Below, one piece after another: positions 28,555 to 36,471 of a stretch of 64,000 bases of DNA; position 1 is the first letter of the stretch; the number at the start of each line of letters is the position of its first letter. The stretch lies in IMG/VR virus record IMGVR_UViG_3300004886_000001, positions 1-64,000 of that record. One strand, written 5' to 3'. The notes beneath the pieces were generated by a model. That model worked only from the letters and a program-made list of their open reading frames with translations. It had not been told where the DNA came from and did not search any database. The DNA is from a virus. Both the position numbers and the translations under genes were made by a program.

Positions 28555-30233
28555 ATTGCTGCTCTCGCTTGTTTAGATGGATTCCAATTACTGGTAACTG
28601 TCACATCAGCACGTGACTTAACGTAGGCTGTTGCCTGTGCGCTATAGCCGAATGCATCTGATAAGTTGGATGCCCAGTTGTGTTCCGGTTCAGGCATAAA
28701 CATGCCCTTACTTTCATCGTACTCATGACGATACTGTTGCAGGCTTGTGAGTAGTCCGGGCTTTGTGTACTTGATTGCACCCCGGTAGTCGTCACGATCA
28801 CCTGTGTTGTCCACATCAAAATATGATATGTCCATGTGAATGCGCCCCGCTTCATAGCGGTCTATTGCGCTTGTCTTGTTTAGAACAGACTTGAGTTCGC
28901 CATCACCCTTGCCGCTGTCCTCCATCTCAAAATCTATTCCCCACCCGGCACACATCTCTGCACGTGTTTTACCGCCAGCGGTTAGTTCACGAACACCAAT
29001 GTCATGCGGTGCGAAGTGACTGCCATAGATATATTCCTTCTTTAACACCTGCCTGCAAGTGTCTTTAAGGTCTGAGAATTCTTCATAGAAGTAATCAATG
29101 TATCGGTAATAGAGTCCGTCAAACTGAAAGAACACTATCGACATTGCATTACCTTTCGATCTGCCCAAATCCCAAGCTGTGTGCACTAAATACTGTGGAT
29201 CGTATGGAACCTTGGTCAGTCGCTGCTCTTTACGCATAGACGTTATTTGCTTTGCGTAGATAGCACCTTTGATGATTGCTTTAAATGCTTCCTCTGGGCT
29301 CGACGGATGCTCTTTAAACATCGCCTCGCCTTGCTCCTCAGCTTTTTTGTAGTACCAGAACTTTTGCGGAGTCGTTAACTTGATTTTGTTGACGTCTTCA
29401 AGCTCTTTGAAGTAATCCACCATGTCTGCAGAGAATTGATACTCTTTGCTTGGTGGTGGCTCTGAGTTTCGCTTATCCTGAAACCAACTGAAAAAGAAGA
29501 ATTTACGATCAAACCGCGATAACGGATCGCCACGGAATTGCATCTCTTGTGCAATCTTGCAGGAGTTGTAGAAGTCACCTACCGGACCCTCTGCAGTTGA
29601 CTCAATGAACAGCTTTGAACCGTCGTGAAGCGAATTAAGAGAGCCTGCTTTAACTTCCTCGGCTTTTTGTGGTTGATAAGTGCAAAGGTGGCCGTATTCA
29701 GATATATGTAGATTCTTGAGCGTTCCCGACCGTGCAGAGGTAGTCACAAAAATGTTGCTTAAAAGATCCTCACCTTGGGACGCGCCGTTATTCAGCGATA
29801 GCGTCATTGCATCAGACTTAACCACCTTGGCCTGGTCGAGCATGAACGTGGGCAGGTTGTTAAATGCCAGTTTGATCTTCGAGTTAAAGAACTTACCGGC
29901 ATCCTCCCGCTTGTGCGCTATAACCGCCGAATCCTGCACCATGGCGAACAGTGTGTCGTCAAGAATCCAGATTTGTATAAGTGTCGTTAGTCCGTGTTGC
30001 CTCGATTTTAAGTAGATGTTCTGACTGTGCATGTTCGCAAGAACGATCTCTTGAACATGGTTTGGCTTGAAAGGCACCAGCCGTTGCTGCGCGTCAATTA
30101 TTTTGTACATGCCACTGCGCAACCTGAAATTACGGTCTTTCAGGTGTGATTGAATTATTGCAATGTTTTCTGCGGTGAGTTGCATGTAGTCAGACTGACA
30201 ATAAGCTGATAAGATACCTTTCGAGAATACCAT
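28551..30233 (-). CDS. terL: Terminase large subunit
   Basis: 560 aa. Walker-A-like LKSRQHGLTT, typical terminase size, first gene of the morphogenesis operon. The start may instead be the internal ATG at 30185. Confidence 0.85.
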   Translation of the reverse strand: MVFSKGILSAYCQSDYMQLTAENIAIIQSHLKDRNFRLRSGMYKIIDAQQRLVPFKPNHVQEIVLANMHSQNIYLKSRQHGLTTLIQIWILDDTLFAMVQDSAVIAHKREDAGKFFNSKIKLAFNNLPTFMLDQAKVVKSDAMTLSLNNGASQGEDLLSNIFVTTSARSGTLKNLHISEYGHLCTYQPQKAEEVKAGSLNSLHDGSKLFIESTAEGPVGDFYNSCKIAQEMQFRGDPLSRFDRKFFFFSWFQDKRNSEPPPSKEYQFSADMVDYFKELEDVNKIKLTTPQKFWYYKKAEEQGEAMFKEHPSSPEEAFKAIIKGAIYAKQITSMRKEQRLTKVPYDPQYLVHTAWDLGRSKGNAMSIVFFQFDGLYYRYIDYFYEEFSDLKDTCRQVLKKEYIYGSHFAPHDIGVRELTAGGKTRAEMCAGWGIDFEMEDSGKGDGELKSVLNKTSAIDRYEAGRIHMDISYFDVDNTGDRDDYRGAIKYTKPGLLTSLQQYRHEYDESKGMFMPEPEHNWASNLSDAFGYSAQATAYVKSRADVTVTSNWNPSKQARAAI

Positions 30234-30273
30234 AACGGCTTATTGCCGTTTTCTTACTACTAGGAGAAAAACC

Positions 30274-30471
30274 TTGACTGGCGACACTAATGGCGGCACT
30301 GAGAACGGCGAAGAGACTGAAAAAAAGACCGTTAATAGAAGATCTATTGTCGATGCAGAGAAAGTAATCCGTGGCGAGCTTGAAAATATAGATCGCCAGA
30401 TAAGCGGCTTGGAGTGGCAGAGAAAAGGTCTGCAGACCGCCCTTAAAGCTGTGGAGCTAAAGGATGACTGA
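30274..30471 (+). CDS. Small acidic coiled-coil early protein
   Basis: 65 aa, TTG start 7 nt after AGGAG. Confidence 0.5.
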   Translation: MTGDTNGGTENGEETEKKTVNRRSIVDAEKVIRGELENIDRQISGLEWQRKGLQTALKAVELKDD

Positions 30472-31105
30472 GTCCATCAAGGTTGACGGTAGAGCCCTAC
30501 GCGCTGCTCAGAAATGCCAAGCGACAGACGATATTCGATGGTTCCTGAATGGAATATGCCTGCAGACAGATGGTCGCATAGAAGCCACAAACGGACATGT
30601 TGCGATCCAAATGAAAGATCAGTTTGAACTGACTGAACAGAAGTTGATCAAGTTTTATGAACAGTTTCCTGAAAATATACGGGACGTTGAACTTCAGTTT
30701 TTGACTGATGGGTATGGCGTTGCTATCTGCGAAGTTGAGCACCTTGAGATTGATGAAGAAGCTGAAGAAAACTATGTCGACTGGACTGAACGCAGGGCTG
30801 TTGCGTTTGAAATGGTTACTCCTGAAGCTGAGGGCAAATTTCCTAACATCTCTAACATAATTCCATCAGGCGAGAGCTTGCCAATAAAGAAGTTTTCCTT
30901 CCATTCAAATTATTTAGCGATCATCAAAGATGTTTTTGGTGCTGTTGGCGTTGATATGGAGCTTCATAGAGTAACTGAAGAAGGACCAATGCTCGTTAGT
31001 CCATCGAATCATTCAAATTATATTACTGGTGATGTCGTTGGTAAGGCGTCGTTGGTGATAATGCCGATGCGAATGTATGAGCCAAATGAGGCTATAAATC
31101 CATGA
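30464..31105 (+). CDS. Beta-sliding-clamp (DnaN)-like domain protein, truncated format
   Basis: ATDDIRWFLNGICLQTDGRIEATNGHVAI matches the DnaN pattern D.RYYLNG....(ATDGHRLA). Only 213 aa versus ~366 for DnaN. Confidence 0.5.
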   Translation: MTESIKVDGRALRAAQKCQATDDIRWFLNGICLQTDGRIEATNGHVAIQMKDQFELTEQKLIKFYEQFPENIRDVELQFLTDGYGVAICEVEHLEIDEEAEENYVDWTERRAVAFEMVTPEAEGKFPNISNIIPSGESLPIKKFSFHSNYLAIIKDVFGAVGVDMELHRVTEEGPMLVSPSNHSNYITGDVVGKASLVIMPMRMYEPNEAINP

Positions 31106-31626
31106 TTAGCATCGAACAGCTTTTCGCAGACCAGAAAGCATGGTCGTCTGAAACCTTCGGCGACCACATGGACCCTACCGGCGTTATTGATCACATCCGT
31201 AAGGAACTGGACGAAATTAAGGCAAAGCCTGATGATCCGGAAGAATGGGCTGATATGGCAATACTCGCGCTTGATGGTGCGTGGCGTAGCGGGTTGTCTA
31301 TGGTTGACAGGATGGCAAAAGCCTATAACGGGGTTTTGAATTCAGAGTTGAGCGCTATTGCAGATATGGATAGCGACTCCACCGGGATAGTCGAAAGCCT
31401 GATAGTGATAATCGAAAAAGCAATCGAAGGTCTACCAAAAGAGTCAAATTGGGGAGTTCTTTTAGGTGAGGCTCTAATCGGTTTACAACTGGCAGACCCT
31501 TACAGCAAGCCGCATGTACATATCGCTGCAAAGCAGGCTAAAAACCGCGAACGCAAGTGGCCGGATAAAGCCGATCAAGATCCCACCAAAGCCATTGAAC
31601 ACGTGAGGGATGACGATGAAGGTTGA
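31102..31626 (+). CDS. DUF550/MazG-like nucleotide pyrophosphohydrolase-family protein
   Basis: HIRKELDEIKAKPDDPEEWADMAILALDGAWRSG matches the remembered DUF550 (dATP/dGTP diphosphohydrolase N-terminal) signature. Confidence 0.5.
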   Translation: MISIEQLFADQKAWSSETFGDHMDPTGVIDHIRKELDEIKAKPDDPEEWADMAILALDGAWRSGLSMVDRMAKAYNGVLNSELSAIADMDSDSTGIVESLIVIIEKAIEGLPKESNWGVLLGEALIGLQLADPYSKPHVHIAAKQAKNRERKWPDKADQDPTKAIEHVRDDDEG

Positions 31627-31828
31627 GAGTGACAACGAATTTAATCCAGTTGAGCTGAAGATTACTCTGGAGTCACAGGAAGAGGTTGATCAATTTCATG
31701 CGTTGTTTGATCACGTAGCGATATGCCAAGCCCTATCGAGAATTGATCATGTTGCTATTCGGAATGCTCTATCGGAAAGCGATGACACGCGGGCTTTCGA
31801 TGCGCTCAATAGAGTGGTGAGGGGATAA
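31610..31828 (+). CDS. Small acidic protein with internal DHVAIxxALS repeat
   Basis: 72-aa ORF; repeat DHVAICQALS / DHVAIRNALS. Confidence 0.5.
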   Translation: MTMKVESDNEFNPVELKITLESQEEVDQFHALFDHVAICQALSRIDHVAIRNALSESDDTRAFDALNRVVRG

Positions 31829-31832
31829 AACG

Positions 31833-32297
31833 ATGAGTAAGAATCGACAACCACGTGGCACTCGCGGCATGGTACCCGTTGCCAAGTTGCATGAGCTGGA
31901 ATTGCAACTGGCTGATGCTGAACATGATCTGCAGCAAGCGTTGAATTTGGCAGGTGTTTTTAAGGATTCACGCGATCAAAACAAAAGAATGCTTAATACT
32001 GCAATTGAGCTAAAGAACATGTATGCCGATGCTCTGGATGCTAACCGCTTGCTGCTCGACATGTACCGTGAAGAAATCAGAGAACTTAAACGGGAGCGGC
32101 GACTACAACCAGTCAGCATGGTGCTCAGTGACGGTACAAAGGTTCTCTACTCCTACAATGAAGAAGGAGACTATGAATCTGGCAGTCTGAAGCCTGTTAG
32201 ATACCTGCACAGTGCTATCTATTCAGTGTCGGGATCTGATGTAACCAATCAGAATGACCTTGGCCAGATTGAGAGGCATATGCGTGATGAAATATAA
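31833..32297 (+). CDS. Coiled-coil early protein
   Basis: 154-aa ORF, helical and charged N-terminal half. Confidence 0.55.
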   Translation: MSKNRQPRGTRGMVPVAKLHELELQLADAEHDLQQALNLAGVFKDSRDQNKRMLNTAIELKNMYADALDANRLLLDMYREEIRELKRERRLQPVSMVLSDGTKVLYSYNEEGDYESGSLKPVRYLHSAIYSVSGSDVTNQNDLGQIERHMRDEI

Positions 32298-32874
32298 ATT
32301 TAAGGATGATACTCGGGTTGAGATAGACAATAGATTTCTTGTGATAGTAAATGGAAATATTAGGTATTATTTTCCCAAAAACGAACCAATTGAAATAAAA
32401 CATCTTGAAGAACGCTTGTTGGGTTATTGTTTGGAAGAAGTGCCAGAAGATGAGTCAGTGGCACAAGAAGGTCAGCCGATTCCATTTCATGAAGCTCTTG
32501 CGCACATGCAGGCTGGTGGTTTGTGCCTTAGTCGAGGTGTGCTAATCAGACTTACTGGCGGTAAGCTAGAGTATGGTCAAGCAGATGTTTGGCTTAAACT
32601 GGAATACCCTTTAGGAAAACAATACACCATATCTCACCTTTTGAAAATGGAATGGCGCAAGGCACCCGACAAACCCGATCCCGTCAAAATCTCGTTCGGT
32701 GAAGCCATTGTTTCTATGGAAGCCGGGAACGAATGCATTGCAGGTAAAACTCGGTACAAAATCCGGGATGGGAAGCTGCTGGCTTATATCGAAAAAGTGT
32801 CTGGTGATGCGTGGGTGCACAGTGATATGACTCTCAATAGCCTGGCTATGCGTGAATGGTTTGAGTCGGCGTGA
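32287..32874 (+). CDS. Protein with two tandem ~60-aa modules (possible DUF2829-like)
   Basis: Start moved to ATG 32287 (MKYKFKDD). Modules begin IPFHEALAHMQAGG and ISFGEAIVSMEAGN. Confidence 0.45.
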   Translation: MKYKFKDDTRVEIDNRFLVIVNGNIRYYFPKNEPIEIKHLEERLLGYCLEEVPEDESVAQEGQPIPFHEALAHMQAGGLCLSRGVLIRLTGGKLEYGQADVWLKLEYPLGKQYTISHLLKMEWRKAPDKPDPVKISFGEAIVSMEAGNECIAGKTRYKIRDGKLLAYIEKVSGDAWVHSDMTLNSLAMREWFESA

Positions 32875-33086
32875 AAGACGGTATCGAATGCCCTATTTGC
32901 AAAGGTCAGTCAACCAAGGTGTTGGACGGTAGACCTGCTGTACGTGAGGACCACTATGTGTATAGACGTCGAAGGGTATGCAAGCATGAGCATAGGTTCA
33001 CTACTATTGAAATTCTTGAATCAGATTTGAAGGAATTGCTTGATTTAAGCAAGGCTGTTAAATCGGTGCTGGAGCGATCAACGTGA
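32871..33086 (+). CDS. NrdR-like zinc-ribbon protein without ATP-cone
   Basis: ECPICKGQSTKVLDGRPAV....YRRRRVCKHEHRFTTIE parallels the NrdR N-terminus (CPxC...KV.DSR....RRRR.C..C..RFTT.E). GTGA overlap with the upstream gene. Confidence 0.5.
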   Translation: MKDGIECPICKGQSTKVLDGRPAVREDHYVYRRRRVCKHEHRFTTIEILESDLKELLDLSKAVKSVLERST

Positions 33087-33304
33087 GTAAGGCAATCGAA
33101 ATCGGCTCGCTGCACTTCAAAGTTAAAAGCATTTTCACTATCACTGACGTCAAAGTGGACGGTTTCCGCTTATACCTAAATGTGATAAGCAATAAAGGCG
33201 CAAAGGCTAGAATAAATCTCGGACCAAACGATTACAGCAATAGTGAATCTGCCATGGCTTTTCGGGAAGATGCCGTTAAGCGATGGTTGGAGGCCATGGG
33301 GTGA
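33083..33304 (+). CDS. Hypothetical early protein
   Basis: 73-aa ORF, GTGA-coupled. Confidence 0.55.
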   Translation: MSKAIEIGSLHFKVKSIFTITDVKVDGFRLYLNVISNKGAKARINLGPNDYSNSESAMAFREDAVKRWLEAMG

Positions 33305-33615
33305 TGAATTCTGACCGTATACTAAAGGACGATTGGATCTTTACCGTTGAGTGGCCAAACGAGGAAGACTGGCTTAGTGTGCAACGAGCGTCAGACGGTG
33401 TCATAGTCTCCGTTTATGGCCATGTTCACAACGCCAGCACTATGCAGGGCGAATACTCGGGGAAAATCTACCTGATTGAACAAAAAGCCAACGTAGCGCT
33501 CGGACACGCACCTTTAGATACTGGGTTCAATCTACATCCTGCGCTGGACTGGGCCAACTCACCGGAACACCGAGATTTGAATAATGCTGTTTTTTTTCAG
33601 TTGAATTTTTCTTGA
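33304..33615 (+). CDS. Hypothetical early protein
   Basis: Start set at ATG 33304 (TGATG coupling); 103 aa. Confidence 0.55.
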   Translation: MNSDRILKDDWIFTVEWPNEEDWLSVQRASDGVIVSVYGHVHNASTMQGEYSGKIYLIEQKANVALGHAPLDTGFNLHPALDWANSPEHRDLNNAVFFQLNFS

Positions 33616-33636
33616 GCAGTTGGGACTGAAGGGAAA

Positions 33637-33909
33637 ATGATGGACAAAAACTACAGATTCAGGCTGATGTTTCGCCGACTGACTGGATACACCGGCAAGG
33701 TGCAAATCAAAACTGATTGGCATGAGGTTTACTACGCCTATGACGCATTCGGCAGGATGTTCCCGAAGCTGTCAGGGCGGTCTCCTTACGCTGCCATGCA
33801 AAACCAGCTACACGGAGAATATCGCACCGGTCTTGAGTCTCGGTCTCCTTACGACAGATTGCAGCAGTCTATGTCGGCCACACCAGCCCCAAATCATCCA
33901 CATCGCTGA
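33637..33909 (+). CDS. Hypothetical protein with (G/S)RSPY repeat
   Basis: 90-aa ORF. Its 3' end overlaps the convergent gene by 41 nt. Confidence 0.5.
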   Translation: MMDKNYRFRLMFRRLTGYTGKVQIKTDWHEVYYAYDAFGRMFPKLSGRSPYAAMQNQLHGEYRTGLESRSPYDRLQQSMSATPAPNHPHR

Positions 33910-34171
33910 TCTGACCAATTACCTCACCGTCGAGCAAATACTGAGTCACTTGCAACGGTCGATTCTGAATTGAACTGACTCGGCCGCGCAAACTATCGAC
34001 TGTGTAGTTGCCGGCACCCAGGGCGTCATCCAGAAAACCTCTCACTAGCCGCTCACGGTTGACGTTCATCTGATGCACCGCTGACTTAATCATCTCGTTG
34101 AACTTGGAAATACGGGCCTTATCCGCTTCCGAGAAACCACCAGTCACCTGCTCGTAGTCAAGTTTCGTCAT
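33869..34171 (-). CDS. Hypothetical protein (last gene of the leftward small-gene operon)
   Basis: 100-aa ORF. Confidence 0.55.
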   Translation of the reverse strand: MTKLDYEQVTGGFSEADKARISKFNEMIKSAVHQMNVNRERLVRGFLDDALGAGNYTVDSLRGRVSSIQNRPLQVTQYLLDGEVIGQISDVDDLGLVWPT

Positions 34172-34184
34172 TTTCTGTTCTCCG

Positions 34185-34517
34185 TCAAGTCCATCCGTAC
34201 CGCTGAATCACCTCCTCTTTTGTAAATCCGTCAGAAAGATAAACATTCATCACGGCATTTTTCGTGTTCTTTTCAAGATCATCAAGGGCAATTCTTTTTG
34301 CCAGCCTAGTTGCTCCGTCGGATCCGGATTTCAAAACCTGACCTTGTATTGCTCTTTGCTGGGACAGAGCCGCTGCGTAAATCTGAATAACTGCAATCTC
34401 CTTGCGCCTCGTAAGCTGCCTGGGTACAAAAATATCAACCGCACCCCGAAAGATACCCGTACTATCTAATATTGCAGGGGCTGCTATTAGGCCGGTTAAA
34501 AATGATCTTCTTTTCAT
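34185..34517 (-). CDS. Small protein with twin-arginine-like leader
   Basis: MKRRSFLTGLIAAPAILD... The N-terminus is paralogous to that of 37082..37357. Confidence 0.55.
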   Translation of the reverse strand: MKRRSFLTGLIAAPAILDSTGIFRGAVDIFVPRQLTRRKEIAVIQIYAAALSQQRAIQGQVLKSGSDGATRLAKRIALDDLEKNTKNAVMNVYLSDGFTKEEVIQRYGWT

Positions 34518-34708
34518 AGGTGGCCCGGTTGTCCCCAGTCCTCACTATCAGCAGAACTATTAAAGCATCCCGCCAGCGCTTGCTTCTGCTCATCCGTGAA
34601 TGTGTGCCAAAGCTCTTGCACCTCACTGGTTACATAGTTTTTCCATTCATGTACTTTCCGGCATCGGCCAAAATCTGGATCTTCCCAGTCCGAAGGTAAA
34701 TTGCTCAT
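34514..34708 (-). CDS. Hypothetical small acidic protein
   Basis: 64-aa ORF, 4-nt overlap. Confidence 0.5.
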   Translation of the reverse strand: MSNLPSDWEDPDFGRCRKVHEWKNYVTSEVQELWHTFTDEQKQALAGCFNSSADSEDWGQPGHL

Positions 34709-34709
34709 T

Positions 34710-34976
34710 TTATGAAGCTTGCTTCATATAGTATTCGGCATTGGCCTCTTTAATTACTTCCTCGCTGTTCAATTCCGGCGGGTCCATTTCCTCCGCCTGC
34801 ACATCAATAACAATGTACCTCTTGCAGCCATCGCAAAAGCTGGAATCTATGCCGTCATCAAATGCCAATGCTCGATTACAGTCACAACTCCAATTTCCGT
34901 CAGTCAGCTCGTAAACACTGATACCGCTGTCTTGAGCCTTTTTGCCGGTCTGCAGATCCAAGTACGTTATTTTCAT
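34710..34976 (-). CDS. Small Cys-containing protein (WSCDCNR...CDGCKRY)
   Basis: 88-aa ORF with a CxC...CxxC arrangement. Confidence 0.55.
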   Translation of the reverse strand: MKITYLDLQTGKKAQDSGISVYELTDGNWSCDCNRALAFDDGIDSSFCDGCKRYIVIDVQAEEMDPPELNSEEVIKEANAEYYMKQAS

Positions 34977-35123
34977 CTGTTCTGTTCCATATGCGACAAA
35001 TCAAGAAGATATATCCCCGTATATTTTAGCACTTTGATCTCGCAAAGCCTATTCCTGCGTTGTCATAATGTTCTGGGTGCGACATGGGCGTGAATTTAGA
35101 GCGCATGGATCAAGAAAACAGGC

Positions 35124-35152
35124 ATAAATATAACTCAATGGAAAGGTAGGGG
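35124..35152. repeat. Intergenic motif copy 1: ATAAATATAACTCAATGGAAAGGTAGGGG
   Basis: Near-identical to 35546..35573. The core ATGGAAAGGTAG recurs at 36247..36258. Confidence 0.8.
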
Positions 35153-35162
35153 TGGTGACAAC

Positions 35163-35411
35163 TCAGAGTCTATTGTGTGAAAGATACAACCCGTCATGTC
35201 GATCTTGTCGCTTCCTAGCTTTGGGCTTCCAAGTTTCATAATGCGCCGATATCCGTATGTCGTCATAGTTATCTGACGTTCTGTGTTGCACGGTTCTTTC
35301 GCGATTCGTCTTTACGGTGATTCCATCATCAACAAGTGCTTTTCGGTAGCCTTTAGATCTGGGGTACCTGAACAGCCCTTTTCTTGGTATGTTTCTTTTT
35401 GTTCTGCTCAT
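35163..35411 (-). CDS. Highly basic small protein
   Basis: Start set at ATG 35411 (MSRTKRNIPRKGLFRYPRSKGYRK...); 82 aa. Confidence 0.55.
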   Translation of the reverse strand: MSRTKRNIPRKGLFRYPRSKGYRKALVDDGITVKTNRERTVQHRTSDNYDDIRISAHYETWKPKARKRQDRHDGLYLSHNRL

Positions 35412-35438
35412 CGTCCGCAAACCTCAGTGATGCCCCCT

Positions 35439-35475
35439 AGAAAGCAGAAGGGGCATGATGCTACCACCATGCCCC
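35439..35475 (-). terminator. Intrinsic terminator with an alternative downstream pairing partner
   Basis: Minus RNA reads GGGGCATG-N10-CATGCCCC followed by TTCTGCTTTCT. A further GGGGCAT (plus 35430..35436) can pair with the same CATGCCCC arm. Confidence 0.5.
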
Positions 35476-35545
35476 AGCGCCGATCGGGCAGCCCCAATCC
35501 AATTTGATAATACATTAGCACCTCCACAGCCTGCATGCTTAGGTA

Positions 35546-35573
35546 ATAAAATAACTCGATGGAAAGGTGGGGG
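35546..35573. repeat. Intergenic motif copy 2: ATAAAATAACTCGATGGAAAGGTGGGGG
   Basis: Starts about 4 nt after the stop of 35578..35829, as copy 1 does after 35163..35411. Confidence 0.8.
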
Positions 35574-35577
35574 CGAT

Positions 35578-35829
35578 CTAATGGATTTTGGGTTTACTCA
35601 TCTCAAGAAATTTTTTAACTGTTTCCTCCATTTCGTCAACATCTACCGGTCTTTGAATGTCGGCGCGAGAGTGACAATACGGTAGCAGCTCTTCCAGCAT
35701 TCCAAACAACTTCTCCTTGTTTTGCTCATCAGGTGGCAAGGATTTTTGCCTCTGATCCTCCAGAGCGCATTCTTCAATCCGCCTTTCAAGCTCATCAGGG
35801 TCCATATACTTTGGTGGAATTGATCTCAT
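35578..35829 (-). CDS. Hypothetical protein
   Basis: 83-aa ORF, 4-nt overlap with the upstream AlpA-like gene. Confidence 0.55.
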   Translation of the reverse strand: MRSIPPKYMDPDELERRIEECALEDQRQKSLPPDEQNKEKLFGMLEELLPYCHSRADIQRPVDVDEMEETVKKFLEMSKPKIH

Positions 35830-36011
35830 TTCTCTTCTCCCAGTTCTTTTTCGTATTCAATTATCGCCTCTAACAAATACCTGACTCTACTGCCAAATCT
35901 CTGGTACTTCGGCCCTTTCTTCTGCGTTCGCCAGTTGGCTAGAGTCCTATAATCCAATTGCCAACGTTCAGCGAGCTGGGTGGGAGTTAGAAATACTGCC
36001 TCTGATGACAT
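35826..36011 (-). CDS. AlpA/excisionase-family HTH regulator
   Basis: LTPTQLAERWQLDYRTLANWRTQKKGPKYQRFGSRVRYLLEAI fits the MerR-superfamily Xis/AlpA HTH pattern. First gene after the 840-bp non-coding region. Confidence 0.6.
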   Translation of the reverse strand: MSSEAVFLTPTQLAERWQLDYRTLANWRTQKKGPKYQRFGSRVRYLLEAIIEYEKELGEEK

Positions 36012-36244
36012 GCCGTGCTCCTGGTGTGAGTTTCAATCCATTTAACAGCCCACAGTGGACAGTTTCAATATCAAAATCTAACCCTCGGGAACACAGGGAT
36101 TATGCGTGATTCGTGGTTATCTTAGTGGGCAAAATGTTAATTACATTTAATGGAATATGCGGAGCTTCGCAAGGCCTTTAGGCTCCTACGGGCGAAAATA
36201 GCCCTTATCCCCAACACAATAAAGCCGCTCTGTCAAAGAAGCGG

Positions 36245-36264
36245 AAATGGAAAGGTAGAGTGGG
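36245..36264. repeat. Intergenic motif copy 3 (core ATGGAAAGGTAG)
   Basis: AAATGGAAAGGTAGAGTGGG; a 12-nt core is shared with copy 1. Confidence 0.6.
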
Positions 36265-36423
36265 AAATTTGGGGAAATAATTTTTTGGGGGTGAGGGGCC
36301 GGAGATAATAATAATGAAGTAAGAACTTGATTGCCTGCGACAAAGGTATACCCCCCTCTTAATTATTTGCTACCCGGGTGCCGAATGGGGTGGAGCGAAG
36401 CGATTCTAACTAAGCAGTTGTAG

Positions 36424-36471
36424 TTGACCTGGCTGTTGGTGTTGACGTTGCAGTTGACGTTGTGTGTTGAC
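36424..36471. repeat. GTTGAC iteron cluster (4 copies; GTTGACGTTG twice)
   Basis: GTTGAC at 36424, 36441, 36453 and 36466. Lies inside an 840-bp ORF-poor region next to an AT-rich stretch (36300..36335). Confidence 0.75.

Noticed and set aside
36205-36213. A DnaA box (TTATCCCCA).
   Set aside because: It is a single site with one mismatch to TTATCCACA, which is expected by chance in 64 kb. It is only mentioned as context.
36424-36471. A possible CRISPR-like mini-array.
   Set aside because: The repeats are only 6-10 bp with 2-11-bp spacers, and there are no cas genes. They are better described as iterons or tandem -35-like boxes.
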